Positions 9,936-19,486 of a stretch of DNA of 64,000 nt are shown piece by piece (position 1 is the stretch's first letter; every line of letters begins with the position of its first letter). The DNA is from an uncultured delta proteobacterium (lineage in GTDB: Bacteria > Desulfobacterota > Binatia > UBA9968): positions 224,001 to 288,000 of the forward strand of contig CAVSLC010000010.1 of NCBI GenBank assembly GCA_963728565.1, in the 5' to 3' direction. The notes beneath the pieces were generated by a model, which was not told the DNA's origin, did not search any database, and was given only the letters and a program-made list of their open reading frames with translations. The position numbers and the translations under genes are program-made.

Positions 9936-10682
9936 CTAAGCCGACCTCCTTTCAACCTGCTCTTTAGGTAGCGCACGTTCGGCTTCTCTTGTGCTAATGA
10001 CCTCCACAGGTTTATGCGTCGACGCGTAGGCGGCTGCCGCGATCGCTGCACCGATAATCGGCGCGATAATAAATAGCCATAATTGGCTCAATGCCCAGCC
10101 GCCGACGAAAATGGCGGGTCCGATACTGCGCGCTGGATTGACCGAAGTGTTGGTTACGGGAATACCTACCAAATGAATAAGTGCCAGGATCAATCCGATA
10201 GCTATTCCGGCAAAACCGACAGGTGCTCTGATATCGGTGGCGCCGAGAACGGTGTAAACCAGAAAAAATGTTAGGACGACTTCGACCAGGAACGCCGATA
10301 ATAGATTATATTTGCCCGGCGAGTGTTCGCCATAACCATTTGCCGCGAAACCAGAAACAGATGGATCGTAGCCGCCCGGTGCGCCTTGGGCGATGATCAA
10401 CAAAATTCCGGCAGCCAAAATCGCACCGACGATCTGCGCCACGATATACCCGCCTGCAAACTTCGGATCCATCTTCTTGGTCAGAAGTAGTCCGACGGTT
10501 ACCGCAGGATTTATGTGGCAGCCGGATATGGGTCCTATGGCATAAATCATTGCCAGCAGAGACAGGCCGAAAGCCAACGAGACGCCGAGAAAGCCAATTT
10601 TATCTCCCGCCAACACGGCGCTGCCGCAGCTGGCAAAAACCAGCACAAACGTGCCGAGTAATTCGGCAATATATCTGTTCAT
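9936..10682 (-). CDS. aqpZ: Aquaporin Z
   Basis: [20 protein letters not shown] and [12 protein letters not shown] (two NPA motifs), [10 protein letters not shown]; GGAGG RBS before ATG 10682. Confidence 0.93.
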   Translation of the reverse strand: MNRYIAELLGTFVLVFASCGSAVLAGDKIGFLGVSLAFGLSLLAMIYAIGPISGCHINPAVTVGLLLTKKMDPKFAGGYIVAQIVGAILAAGILLIIAQGAPGGYDPSVSGFAANGYGEHSPGKYNLLSAFLVEVVLTFFLVYTVLGATDIRAPVGFAGIAIGLILALIHLVGIPVTNTSVNPARSIGPAIFVGGWALSQLWLFIIAPIIGAAIAAAAYASTHKPVEVISTREAERALPKEQVERRSA

Positions 10683-10851
10683 AGATTTGCCTCCCTTATA
10701 GACAACCATACGATGACCATTAACGAATGCTGTCTAATAATGGACAACCTCCAGGACTAAGCTAAGGCGGTGGGCCGCGGCGCGGCTTCTGCCCGGGTTC
10801 CGCTTGCCAGGAATCTCGATTTGATTACGTAGCGAACTTCAGAACTTCCCA

Positions 10852-12303
10852 CTAGAACTTATATCGCACCCGGTACTGCAGTCTGGTCTCACCGTTTTTC
10901 GCGACGGGCAAATCGAACTGCGCCGTATGAGCGTCGGTTTTTTTATGGGTATGAGAGCTGCTCAGAATCTCCCAGTCGGACAGCATCGGTTCGATGACGT
11001 TCACGGTAACGGCTTCTTCCTTATGATTGCGCAGACTGATCTCGAATGCCGCTTCGTAAAGATTGTCGGCGAGCTTGCGCCAGTCGGTCTGCTTGCGCTG
11101 GCCGACGATGTCGAAGGCGTCGCCCATCTTGATCTTGATCGTTTCGTCCTTTGGCGTATGATCGATGCGGTCTTCGCCCACGAATTGCAGACTGCCATCG
11201 CTGTCGGCTTTGTAAACCCGCACAGTCCCTCTGGGCAGGGGCATGCCTAAATTATTTTCTTTCTTGTTGGCGATATCGACATAAACCTCAATCTTTTGGT
11301 TCGAGACCGGCGTGCCAAATCTGGACCGGAAATATTGCTGTGAGCCGCGATACACATACTGTTTGGTGATGGGAACCCCATCGGCTGATAAGAGGCTCAC
11401 TTGTTTTGTCTGGTTCTCCTTGATGGTCGTGGCTCTCTGCAGGCTATAAAGGTGATATTCAAAGAACGACTCCTCGCTAAACGGAGCGGCGGCCGGCTTT
11501 GCGGATAGTTCTGACAATGCTCGTACGGCGTCCGCAGCGCCGCGCCGTTCGATGACCCGATTGACGTCGCCGGCGACGAGCTTGAGGCGGGCGTTTTGAT
11601 AGCTCGCGCCGCTTTGATTGTCTAAGGTCACCCAACCGGAAAGGTCCAGGAGCTCGTCCTTACTGTCGAGAACGGCGACGTAATCGGCCCGCCAACTGAT
11701 GCCTTGAGTGAGATAGGTTGCCTCCAGCTTATGCCGCGCTGTGCCGCGGTTTTCCAATAACCAAACCAGGGTCGGATGAGAGATGAGGTTGTTGGGAATG
11801 TTGGGGAAGATCAGGTTGTGCGGCTGCCCTGTGAAGATACGTCCGCCCAATTTGTAAACGATACCCTGATTCACGCTGAGAATCATGATGGGAACTTCCA
11901 CGTTGTCTTTGAAAATCGTGAGCTCTTTGCCGACGAATTTCTCGAGCAGCTTCTGCGGAGTCAGCAGATCATACTCGTAGTTCTGTTCGAGAATCTGCAA
12001 ATGCTTGGGATCGCTCAGCGACTTGATATGCACGGTCTGCGGCATGATTTTCGCCGCCACTTCCCCGAACTTTAGCTGCGTGACGCCGCTTGGCAAGGTT
12101 AGACGTCTGGTGTCTTTTACCAAACCGAGATTGCTATTGTAGACGGTAAGCGAAAGTGTTTCCTGATCGGCGAGGCTGGTCGCGACTACAGCGCCGGTAG
12201 GATCGGCTGCATAGGCAAATATGCGCCACTCCGCTCCCGGCGCAAGCATTATAATCAAAGCGAGCGCCAAAAACTCTAAAGCGCTTCTGCGGCGTAATCT
12301 CAT
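10852..12303 (-). CDS. Secreted DUF4139/DUF4140 domain protein
   Basis: LSLTVYNSNLGLVKDTR, EQNYEYDLLTP, YLTQGISWRADY, FVGEDRIDHTPKDE; AGGAGG before ATG 12303; signal-like N-terminus. Confidence 0.85.
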   Translation of the reverse strand: MRLRRRSALEFLALALIIMLAPGAEWRIFAYAADPTGAVVATSLADQETLSLTVYNSNLGLVKDTRRLTLPSGVTQLKFGEVAAKIMPQTVHIKSLSDPKHLQILEQNYEYDLLTPQKLLEKFVGKELTIFKDNVEVPIMILSVNQGIVYKLGGRIFTGQPHNLIFPNIPNNLISHPTLVWLLENRGTARHKLEATYLTQGISWRADYVAVLDSKDELLDLSGWVTLDNQSGASYQNARLKLVAGDVNRVIERRGAADAVRALSELSAKPAAAPFSEESFFEYHLYSLQRATTIKENQTKQVSLLSADGVPITKQYVYRGSQQYFRSRFGTPVSNQKIEVYVDIANKKENNLGMPLPRGTVRVYKADSDGSLQFVGEDRIDHTPKDETIKIKMGDAFDIVGQRKQTDWRKLADNLYEAAFEISLRNHKEEAVTVNVIEPMLSDWEILSSSHTHKKTDAHTAQFDLPVAKNGETRLQYRVRYKF

Positions 12304-12346
12304 TGTTTCCTCCTGAAGCAGTGTTTCCGCGTTGCGATTTCTTTGA

Positions 12347-12375
12347 TTAGACTTAGCCAGGAAGAAAAATGTTCC
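12347..12375 (-). promoter_or_regulatory. ECF-sigma promoter upstream of the DUF4139 gene
   Basis: GGAAC-N18-GTCTAA, same boxes as the promoter before the sigma gene. Confidence 0.65.
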
Positions 12376-12376
12376 G

Positions 12377-12505
12377 AGCACGCTGCTGAAAAAGCCTCAT
12401 ATGCTTCGTTGCGCTCGCCCGACTTGCTTCAACGTATTGAAGCGTACGCCTCAGCTCATCGAACGGTCGCGCGCCTAGCCTCTGAATCTTTTTGAGCAGC
12501 CTGCT
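12377..12505. mobile_element. MITE-like palindromic element, copy A
   Basis: Terminal inverted repeats GCTGCTGAAAAAG (12382-12394)/CTTTTTGAGCAGC (12488-12500); internal motifs shared with 21105-21233. Confidence 0.7.
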
Positions 12506-12508
12506 AGG

Positions 12509-13729
12509 CTAGCGACTGGAAGGGGAGTCTGCTGAAGACAGCGGCGGGAGAATTGTTACCTTGATGCGAAGTTGATCCGCCGGCTTTACCTCGTTCTTGT
12601 GAGCCGGCGCCGGCAATTCGCTTTCGACATTACCCAAACCTGCAAGTTCTTTCTTGAATCCCTCATATTGGCCGGACCGGATAGTAACCCAGATACTTTG
12701 TGGCTGATCGGTTGCAATGGCGCGCTGCCGCGCCTGATCGAGATCTTTGAATTCACCCTCTACCGGCGAAGGTCGCGGCTCTATCTGAGGACGTTCCAAT
12801 TCCAATGGCGCTGCTGCGGTTTCGTCACCCCGGGCCGGCCCTTTTAGACGCAGCGTCAATTCACGGCCGGCCGGGAACGCTAACCCGGTCCTGCCGGATT
12901 TAAGAGCATCTAAGGAACTGGAAGGTCGCTTCTCCGCGGGCGCGGCAGACGATGAGGGATCTCTGGCGGAGGCGGTGTCCTTATGATCGGTATGCTTGTC
13001 CTGCGGAACTGCTGTCGCTGCCGGTGGCGCATGCGCGTTGAAAGGCGAAAGCTGTTCTCGGCGAGGGGATGCAACGTCGCCTGCCGCTGAGGATTGTTTC
13101 TCTAATTTGGAAGGAGCGAGAGAGCGGCCCGTCCCATCGGCAGGACCAGCCGGCGGAGCGCCAGGCTGAATGCCGCCGATTGCCTGTTCTGCTGGTTCGG
13201 CAGGCGATCGAGGCTGTTCTGTTTGCGGTAAACCTTTCACTCCCGGTTTCTGCGCTCCTGCCTCCTGGGCGTTTTCCGCATCGGTTTTAAGTGCACGCGC
13301 TCGGCGGTCGGACGGCGGCAATTTGTCCGCTTCCGCTTGTTTTTGCAGACCATTCGGAGGCGTAATGGTAGTCGTTGTCGATTGACGGTGGCCGGCCTCT
13401 TTCTGATAAATGAAAACGGCCAGAACACCGATCAGAACCACCGCCGTGGCTTGTAGTGGAAGCTTAAGTTGCAGTGGTGAAAATAAACGCTGCCATAGGT
13501 TGGACCGATGGGCCGTGTCACGAACTTCTGCCATGACCCGGCTTGTGAAGCCTGCCGGCGGCTCGACCGGCGGCAAAGCCGACACGAGTCGTCGGCATGC
13601 AGCAACTGCGGCCAACTCTTGCCGGCACCGAGCACAGGCGGCAAGATGATCGTTCACTTTGCGCAGCCGCTCATCGCTGCTGTGATCCAACAAATTCGCA
13701 AAGTATTTCCGTGCCTCGAGGCAATTCAT
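12509..13729 (-). CDS. Zinc-finger (zf-HC2) transmembrane anti-sigma factor
   Basis: MNCLEARK...DHLAACARC (HxxxCxxC), one TM helix, long Pro/Ala-rich C-terminus; ATGA-coupled to the sigma gene. Confidence 0.88.
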   Translation of the reverse strand: MNCLEARKYFANLLDHSSDERLRKVNDHLAACARCRQELAAVAACRRLVSALPPVEPPAGFTSRVMAEVRDTAHRSNLWQRLFSPLQLKLPLQATAVVLIGVLAVFIYQKEAGHRQSTTTTITPPNGLQKQAEADKLPPSDRRARALKTDAENAQEAGAQKPGVKGLPQTEQPRSPAEPAEQAIGGIQPGAPPAGPADGTGRSLAPSKLEKQSSAAGDVASPRREQLSPFNAHAPPAATAVPQDKHTDHKDTASARDPSSSAAPAEKRPSSSLDALKSGRTGLAFPAGRELTLRLKGPARGDETAAAPLELERPQIEPRPSPVEGEFKDLDQARQRAIATDQPQSIWVTIRSGQYEGFKKELAGLGNVESELPAPAHKNEVKPADQLRIKVTILPPLSSADSPSSR

Positions 13730-14316
13730 GAAACTTTCCGATGGCGGGTGAAGTAGGGCGCAAGGCTGATTCTCAACGCTTGTCGCGCCCGGTGCAGTCG
13801 CGATTTCACGGTGCCGACGGGCACATCAAGCGTCTGGGCGATGTCCTCATAGGAAACGTCTTGTAGATCCCGGAGCAGAATGATTTGCGCGTCATCACCA
13901 TCCAGACTGTTCAGCGCTTGTTGCACGCATTGCTGGATTTCCTTCCGTTCCGCACTGGTCTCAGGATCTGCGCCGCAGTCGACCAGCACCGCGTCGTCCT
14001 CCAGCGCAACCTGTCGCTGTAGTTTGCTGCTCAAGCTTTTCCGGCGGCTACTGGCGTGGTTAAAAGCGATCCGATAGAGCCAAGTGGAAAATGTCGCGTC
14101 GCCGCGAAACTGCTGAATCGATTTGTAAGCCGAGAGGAATACTTCTTGGGCCGTTTCGGTGGCTTCATCATAGTCTCCCAAAAACCGATAAATCAGGTTG
14201 AAAGTCGTGTTTTGGTGTCGCCGCACCAAAATCTCGAAGGATTGGGTGTCGCCCCGTTGAACGCGCTTGACGCATTCCGCGTCACCTATTTCCTCAGCGA
14301 GCATGGACCTGTTCAT
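13726..14316 (-). CDS. ECF RNA polymerase sigma-70 factor (RpoE/SigW-like)
   Basis: AQEVFLSAY, FRGDATFSTWLYRIAFN, SYEDIAQTLDVPVGTVKSRLHRAR; true start may be 14304. Confidence 0.95.
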   Translation of the reverse strand: MNRSMLAEEIGDAECVKRVQRGDTQSFEILVRRHQNTTFNLIYRFLGDYDEATETAQEVFLSAYKSIQQFRGDATFSTWLYRIAFNHASSRRKSLSSKLQRQVALEDDAVLVDCGADPETSAERKEIQQCVQQALNSLDGDDAQIILLRDLQDVSYEDIAQTLDVPVGTVKSRLHRARQALRISLAPYFTRHRKVS

Positions 14317-14319
14317 TTA

Positions 14320-14347
14320 TTAGACGGTGCGGTTCGAAAAAAGTTCC
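14320..14347 (-). promoter_or_regulatory. Autoregulatory ECF promoter
   Basis: GGAACTT-N15-GTCTAA directly upstream of the sigma gene; matches the RpoE-type GAACTT-N16-TCTAA consensus. Confidence 0.8.
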
Positions 14348-14424
14348 CCCGCGGTTTAGATCGGCAATTAAACGCGGCTTTTCGCGGGGTACCAGAATGT
14401 AGCGACGAGAACACACTCGAAGCC

Positions 14425-14501
14425 GTCACCCCCCGAATGCATTAATTGGGGGTCCAGGTCCGGTCTGGCCTGGATTCCCGATAGAAGCATTCGGCAATGA
14501 C
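14425..14501. repeat. REP-like hairpin (CGTC/GTCA...TGAC type)
   Basis: gtcaccccccgaatgc...ggggtccagg-loop-cctggattcc...gcattcggcaatgac. Confidence 0.7.
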
Positions 14502-14559
14502 TGAGTTTAACAGATCCGAGAATGACTCTTTGGACAAGCGCGAATAATGAACCGTCTGA

Positions 14560-15492
14560 TTAAACCGCTTCTTTCCACAGATGGGTGAACTCGATCGCGA
14601 CCACTCTGTCGTAAGTCACCGGAGCTGACAGCAGCCCGATGTCGGTAGCGAAACGATTCATGCTGGTAATTTTTTCTTCGGTGATGGTCGGATCGTAGTA
14701 GGGAAGATCTCGCCGGATCAACTCGGCGATGAGTTCGGCTTCCGCAGGAGGGAAGCGTTTTTTGCCGACCTCGGTAGCCAGACTGATGTCTTGTTTGAGC
14801 GCCTTGTGCGCCTTGATGATGGCGCGGATCGCCGCGGCAGCGGTTTCGGGTTCCTCTTGGATTCTTTTTTCGGTGGTCACCAATGCCGGAAACGTATAGT
14901 GACGCGCCGGAGGAGGGCCGTCCCCGCGACGCACATCGATAACCATCGTTCCGACGCCGCGCCGCAACGCGACTTCGCATCCCATGCCGTTGGCCCAGAA
15001 TCCATCGAGCTTGCCGTCTTCCAGGGCCTTTGCCGCAGAGAGCCCGAAAGAAACGTCGGGTCCGGCAGCGCCCGGAATCGGCATGATTTGCACATTGTTT
15101 TTTGCCGGATCGATGCCGGCTTCAACCAGCATTCGTTGCAAGCTCAAGTCGACGCCCGGAGCGGCGCCGATGCGCAGCCCTTTGACGATACTCAAATCAC
15201 CGCGTTGGGGATTGAGATCCTTGCGAATCACCAAGAACCAGTAGGTATGCTGGGCGATTGCGGCAAGTAGTTTCGCGCCGTTCCAATCTGGAAAGGCCAA
15301 TAGCGTGGCATGCGCCGAGCCGACGACAAAATCGAGCTGCCCGTCGCGCAATGCCGCGAAGGTTTTCGGCACCGGAAACAACAAGTCGACGCTGGCGTCG
15401 AGACCCTCAGATTTGAAAAAGCCCAACTCGACAGCGGCAATGGCCGGGAAATAAGAGTTCGATACTAAATCAGGTACGGCGATTCGGATCAT
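14560..15492 (-). CDS. NMT1/TauA-like substrate-binding-fold protein without signal peptide
   Basis: MIRIAVPDLVSNSYFPAIAAVELGFFKSEGLD, ALRDGQLDF, KGLRIGAAPG. Confidence 0.82.
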   Translation of the reverse strand: MIRIAVPDLVSNSYFPAIAAVELGFFKSEGLDASVDLLFPVPKTFAALRDGQLDFVVGSAHATLLAFPDWNGAKLLAAIAQHTYWFLVIRKDLNPQRGDLSIVKGLRIGAAPGVDLSLQRMLVEAGIDPAKNNVQIMPIPGAAGPDVSFGLSAAKALEDGKLDGFWANGMGCEVALRRGVGTMVIDVRRGDGPPPARHYTFPALVTTEKRIQEEPETAAAAIRAIIKAHKALKQDISLATEVGKKRFPPAEAELIAELIRRDLPYYDPTITEEKITSMNRFATDIGLLSAPVTYDRVVAIEFTHLWKEAV

Positions 15493-15532
15493 TTTTTCCT
15501 CAACAAGTTTTTCGGTGACTCGTAATCCGACG

Positions 15533-15599
15533 TTGAACCCTGAACCTTTGAACTGTTGAACCGATTTTGGTTCAACAGTTCAAAGGTTCAACCGTTCAA
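15533..15599. repeat. Palindrome built from TTGAAC-based ~8-nt units
   Basis: Perfect 22-bp inverted repeat tgaacctttgaactgttgaacc (15541-15562)/ggttcaacagttcaaaggttca (15569-15590), 6-nt loop. Confidence 0.9.
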
Positions 15600-15630
15600 T
15601 GTCAGTCAATGATTATAGTTGGTGCCCGGT

Positions 15631-15981
15631 TTAGTCGGCCAGCGGCACAGTCATAAAAACATGGGGCTCGGATCCGAGCACGCGGGACGTATGCCCCTCG
15701 CCGGTGGTGTCATCGGCGAGCATGACATCACCGGTCTTGAAGATCCGCTTGACGCCGTTGCTGGCTTCGATTTCCCATGAACCGGATAGTGTCACCAGGA
15801 ATTGGCGCCGTGGCGCCGGGTGGCGATCGAGAAAAAGCCCGGCGGGCGCGGAGCGAAAGATCGCGCTGGTTGCGGCTCGAGCTTCGGTCGTCAGCATCGG
15901 TTGATTGCCGCCAAAGTTGAGCTCGATTTCTTCGAAATGCGACTTTTGATCGTTACCCGTATACAGCCTGACGATTTTCAT
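15631..15981 (-). CDS. Cupin-domain protein
   Basis: RLYTGNDQKSHFEE, HPAPRRQF, GDVMLADDTTGEGHTSR. Confidence 0.85.
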   Translation of the reverse strand: MKIVRLYTGNDQKSHFEEIELNFGGNQPMLTTEARAATSAIFRSAPAGLFLDRHPAPRRQFLVTLSGSWEIEASNGVKRIFKTGDVMLADDTTGEGHTSRVLGSEPHVFMTVPLAD

Positions 15982-16013
15982 TATGTGCTCCTGTAAAATA
16001 AGTTAGCTGCGCA

Positions 16014-16436
16014 TTAAACTTTGAATTGAAGGCCGGCTGCCTGGATGCCGGTGATGACACAAGCCTCGTCTTCATCGGCGGTCGCGCCGCTGGCGCCGGC
16101 GGCGCCGAGAATAACTTCACCATCCATGATCAATACGCCGCCGGCAACCGGAACGACCTTGCCGCCAGTCATCGCTGATAGCGCGTTGAGAAAAGCCGGA
16201 AGCTCCTTCAGCCGATTGCCCAGGTGACGGCTCGATTCTCCCATGCCGATAGCGCCCCATGCTTTGCTGATCGCGATCTGCGGTCGCAAAATGCTGGCGC
16301 CGTCATCACGCTTGAGAGCTTTTAAGTTGCCGCCATCATCAAGGACCGCGACGCAGAGCGGTCTGATCTTGGACTTCCGCGCATTCTCTAGCGCGGCATC
16401 GACGATAATGTTTGCTTTAGCCAAATCAAGTTTCAT
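16014..16436 (-). CDS. GlcG/HbpS family heme-binding protein
   Basis: VAVLDDGG, RDDGA, IAISKAWGA, GGVLI...GAAGASGATADEDE. Confidence 0.88.
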   Translation of the reverse strand: MKLDLAKANIIVDAALENARKSKIRPLCVAVLDDGGNLKALKRDDGASILRPQIAISKAWGAIGMGESSRHLGNRLKELPAFLNALSAMTGGKVVPVAGGVLIMDGEVILGAAGASGATADEDEACVITGIQAAGLQFKV

Positions 16437-16482
16437 AAGATCTCCGGTTCTAGGCAATTTCGAATCTACTGAATGGGTCAAT

Positions 16483-17115
16483 TCAAAGCGGTACTTGCCG
16501 CTTGTCCATCGCGCGCCGCCACGTTTCGTCTGTTTGCTTAGAGAAAATAATCTCCTTATCGGCGGGAATAGAAAACCAGGCCTTATTCTGAAGCTCTTGC
16601 TCTAACTGGTCGGGTGCCCAGCCGGCATAGCCGACGATCAACAAAAACTGGCGAGGCCCTTTGCCTAGAGAAATATCTCGAATCATCGTCGCATCCGAAG
16701 TGATTGCCAGGCCATTGTCGACTCTGGTCGAGTTCTCCCGCACGACATCGTCGCTATGCAGCACAAAACCCTGACGCGGGCTCACTGGGCCCCCGTAGTG
16801 AATCGTGATTTCTCCCTTGCCGCCTTTTTCGTCGACGCCGAAACCGGCGAGCACTTCTTCGATGGGCGCGGTAGCCAAGACGCGATTGATCACCAGGCCG
16901 AAAGCGCCTTCACGGTCATGCCTCACAATATAGATAACCGATTCGGAAAAGCGCCGATCTTTCATGTTCGGCAGAGCCACTAAAAGCCGACCGGTGAGAG
17001 AGTTCTCCTGCTCGGCCGCGACGACTTCTGGCGCCTGAGCGAGCGCGGCGAGGACAAGCAGTTGGCTGCACAAGCGCAGGAGCGGATTGGGCAGAACTAA
17101 TTTGTGGATTGCCAT
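16483..17115 (-). CDS. YqgE/AlgH (DUF179) family protein with signal-peptide-like N-terminus
   Basis: GRLLVALPNMKDRRFSESVIY, GAFGLVINR, YGGPV, GYAGWAPDQLEQE. Confidence 0.9.
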   Translation of the reverse strand: MAIHKLVLPNPLLRLCSQLLVLAALAQAPEVVAAEQENSLTGRLLVALPNMKDRRFSESVIYIVRHDREGAFGLVINRVLATAPIEEVLAGFGVDEKGGKGEITIHYGGPVSPRQGFVLHSDDVVRENSTRVDNGLAITSDATMIRDISLGKGPRQFLLIVGYAGWAPDQLEQELQNKAWFSIPADKEIIFSKQTDETWRRAMDKRQVPL

Positions 17116-17139
17116 GGTTTCAAGGGAGAAGCTTGTTCA

Positions 17140-17571
17140 TTATCCGCGCCGCTTCGGTCCCACGTCGTCTATGCGGATGCGAATGATGACCCGTTTCTCG
17201 CGCGCCATTCGTTGGTGGAACGACGGCCAGTCGCGGTTTTCGCCTTTGGCTTGGCGTTCTAAGTACACCAATGTCTCCATCGCGTGCGGCAGCGATAAAA
17301 TTTCAGCGTTGCCGTTGATTTGCACCCAGCCTTCGCCGTGGAACTCGTTGGTGAAGACACACACCGCGGCCCGTGGATCACGCCGCAGATTGTTGACCTT
17401 GTATGCGGTTTCCCGGCTGCTGATGACGGCGCATCCGGCAGAATCGATGCCAACGGTAACCGGCGACATCTGCAATGACCCTTCCTTTCTCCGGGTCGTC
17501 AACACGCCCCAATGATGCCGGGCCAAAAAGTCTTTCGCGGTCGGGATATCCATCGGCGCAAATTCAACCAT
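17140..17571 (-). CDS. PPOX-class (pyridoxamine 5'-phosphate oxidase-like) F420-dependent oxidoreductase
   Basis: GVLTTRRKEGSLQMSPV, SSRETAYKVNNLRRDPR, MAREKRVIIRI. Confidence 0.8.
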   Translation of the reverse strand: MVEFAPMDIPTAKDFLARHHWGVLTTRRKEGSLQMSPVTVGIDSAGCAVISSRETAYKVNNLRRDPRAAVCVFTNEFHGEGWVQINGNAEILSLPHAMETLVYLERQAKGENRDWPSFHQRMAREKRVIIRIRIDDVGPKRRG

Positions 17572-17740
17572 GCTATTCCTATAGGCTGCAGGTAAACTTT
17601 TGACAAGCTAGAATAGCCGAGCGCTGTATTGCAAGAGCCTCTTCCGGGGTTGTCACGTGGCGCTGCCCGTTGTCATCCGCCTTGACCGTTCTCGCGCCAT
17701 CACCTATAAACAGACAGGTGTTGAGACAAATTCTGTGGCA

Positions 17741-18421
17741 ATGAAAATCCCAAATATGCCGATGCCGGAAATACTGCCGATCTTTCCGTTGACCGGAGTT
17801 TTGGTTTTGCCCGGAACGGTGCTGCCGTTGCACATCTTTGAGCCGCGTTACCGCAACATGGTGGAAGATGCCCTGGATGGAGACAAGGTGTTCGGCATGA
17901 TTCAACCGTTCGTGCCGCAACCGGATAATCAGCCGCGGCCGGGCGCCGAAAGGGAATCACCGGATCTATACAAGATCGGTTGCGCCGGGTACATCGAAAA
18001 ATACGAGAAATCTGCTGACGGCCGCTTCTTTATTCAACTCAAGGGCGTCAACCGCTTTAGATTCGAAGAGGAGCTCGAACTGCGACGCGGGTATCGGCGT
18101 GTCAAAGCCATCTATAGCGAATTTCCCGATGCGGCCCTGCCGGAGGGTTGGAACTGCGAGCGCGACGCGATACTGCAGGCGCTGACGTTATACGGGCAAG
18201 CTCACGGCATGCAGGTCAAACCGGAGCAGGCGCAGCGCTTCTCGGATCTGGAACTGGTGAATCTTTTGTCAGTCTCGTTGCCGTTTCATCCGCCGGAGAA
18301 ACAAGCGTTGCTGGAAGCGCAAACTCTGAAAGACAGGGAGAATACGCTGATCAATCTGCTTCGACTCGGCGGCGGCCAAGCGGATCCCGATTCGGATATA
18401 ACACCTCGCACCTTGAACTGA
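17741..18421 (+). CDS. LON peptidase N-terminal substrate-binding domain protein
   Basis: LPIFPLTGVLVLPGTVLPLHIFEPRYRNMV, GVNRFR, EKQALLEA. Confidence 0.9.
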   Translation: MKIPNMPMPEILPIFPLTGVLVLPGTVLPLHIFEPRYRNMVEDALDGDKVFGMIQPFVPQPDNQPRPGAERESPDLYKIGCAGYIEKYEKSADGRFFIQLKGVNRFRFEEELELRRGYRRVKAIYSEFPDAALPEGWNCERDAILQALTLYGQAHGMQVKPEQAQRFSDLELVNLLSVSLPFHPPEKQALLEAQTLKDRENTLINLLRLGGGQADPDSDITPRTLN

Positions 18422-18424
18422 TCC

Positions 18425-18536
18425 CAGGCTGCTGAAGATTCTAGGCTGCGTAACGCTCGATCAATTCTCGACAAGCGGAAGGCTGCATTCCGCGTCAGAT
18501 TTCGCGCTTCATCCTTCGAGATCTTTGAGCAGCCTG
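18425..18536. mobile_element. MITE-like palindromic element, copy B (degenerate)
   Basis: TIRs CAGGCTGCTGAAGAT/ATCTTTGAGCAGCCTG between convergent genes. Confidence 0.65.
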
Positions 18537-18560
18537 CGGCGCTAAGAGTCGCAGAGCGTT

Positions 18561-19376
18561 TCAATTCTCCGACATATCGATCAGCACACCATCGGGATCC
18601 GATATGAAGTGTTGGCCGAGGCAACATTTGCGGAAATCGTTTTCGATCAGTTGGCCGTGCAAGCCCACCGTGAGTTTTCGTGGCGCTGCCTGCGGCGAAG
18701 AAGCGGTTAGCGCGTCGAGATCATCGGCCGCAGCTTTGAGATTTTCCACTTTGAATCCGACATGGTCGAGACCTTCTCGCAGGCCGCGGTAAAGGCCGTT
18801 GTCGCGAGGTCGAAGCAATAATTTAACTTTGCCGTCGGTCATGCAGATAGAGCCGTCATCGCGATAAGTCTCTGCTTCTTTTAGTTCGAAGACCTTTTCA
18901 TAGAACTCCGCCACTGCCATTGGATTATCAGCGCGAATCGATAAATGATTGATCCAGCGCGGTTGATCCCAGCCGCTTTCGTTGTAGCCTTCTCGGACAT
19001 TGCCTATATGCGCTTGCGCAATGTCGAACTGGGTGCCGGCGGGATCGTAGCTGCGCAATCCGGCAAACGGCACATATTCCAATCCTTTGGCGATCTTTAC
19101 GTCCGGATAGTATTGCTCCATCCGGCGAACGAAATCCTTGATATCGGTCACTTCGAATCCATAATGGTCCATGCCCGACTGTATCCCGGCGTATCGCGGC
19201 AGAATGGCCATGCCGATGACGCCGTCGCTGATGTGCCCGCGGTTGGTATTTTGCTTGCCTGTTTCATCGACAGTGCCGCTGGTCATCCGTTTCATGCCAA
19301 AAATCGTTTGGTAGAAATGGGTCACGGCGGCGTGATCGTGAGTGTACATCGCTAGATGGCGGATTTTTGCGAACAT
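18561..19376 (-). CDS. Two-domain VOC/glyoxalase family protein
   Basis: KIRHLAM..FY..IFG, GMDHYGFEV, DPAGTQFD; second repeat INHLSI...GLDHVGFKV...DPDG. Confidence 0.85.
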   Translation of the reverse strand: MFAKIRHLAMYTHDHAAVTHFYQTIFGMKRMTSGTVDETGKQNTNRGHISDGVIGMAILPRYAGIQSGMDHYGFEVTDIKDFVRRMEQYYPDVKIAKGLEYVPFAGLRSYDPAGTQFDIAQAHIGNVREGYNESGWDQPRWINHLSIRADNPMAVAEFYEKVFELKEAETYRDDGSICMTDGKVKLLLRPRDNGLYRGLREGLDHVGFKVENLKAAADDLDALTASSPQAAPRKLTVGLHGQLIENDFRKCCLGQHFISDPDGVLIDMSEN

Positions 19377-19486
19377 ACCGGACCTCCTTGCGATACTACC
19401 GTCCATCTAAGTTAGCGGACGGTGTTTGTCAATCATCCTGAATTCGAAACGTTAGTTCCCACGTATTAATTGTCAAACTGGCTTGC

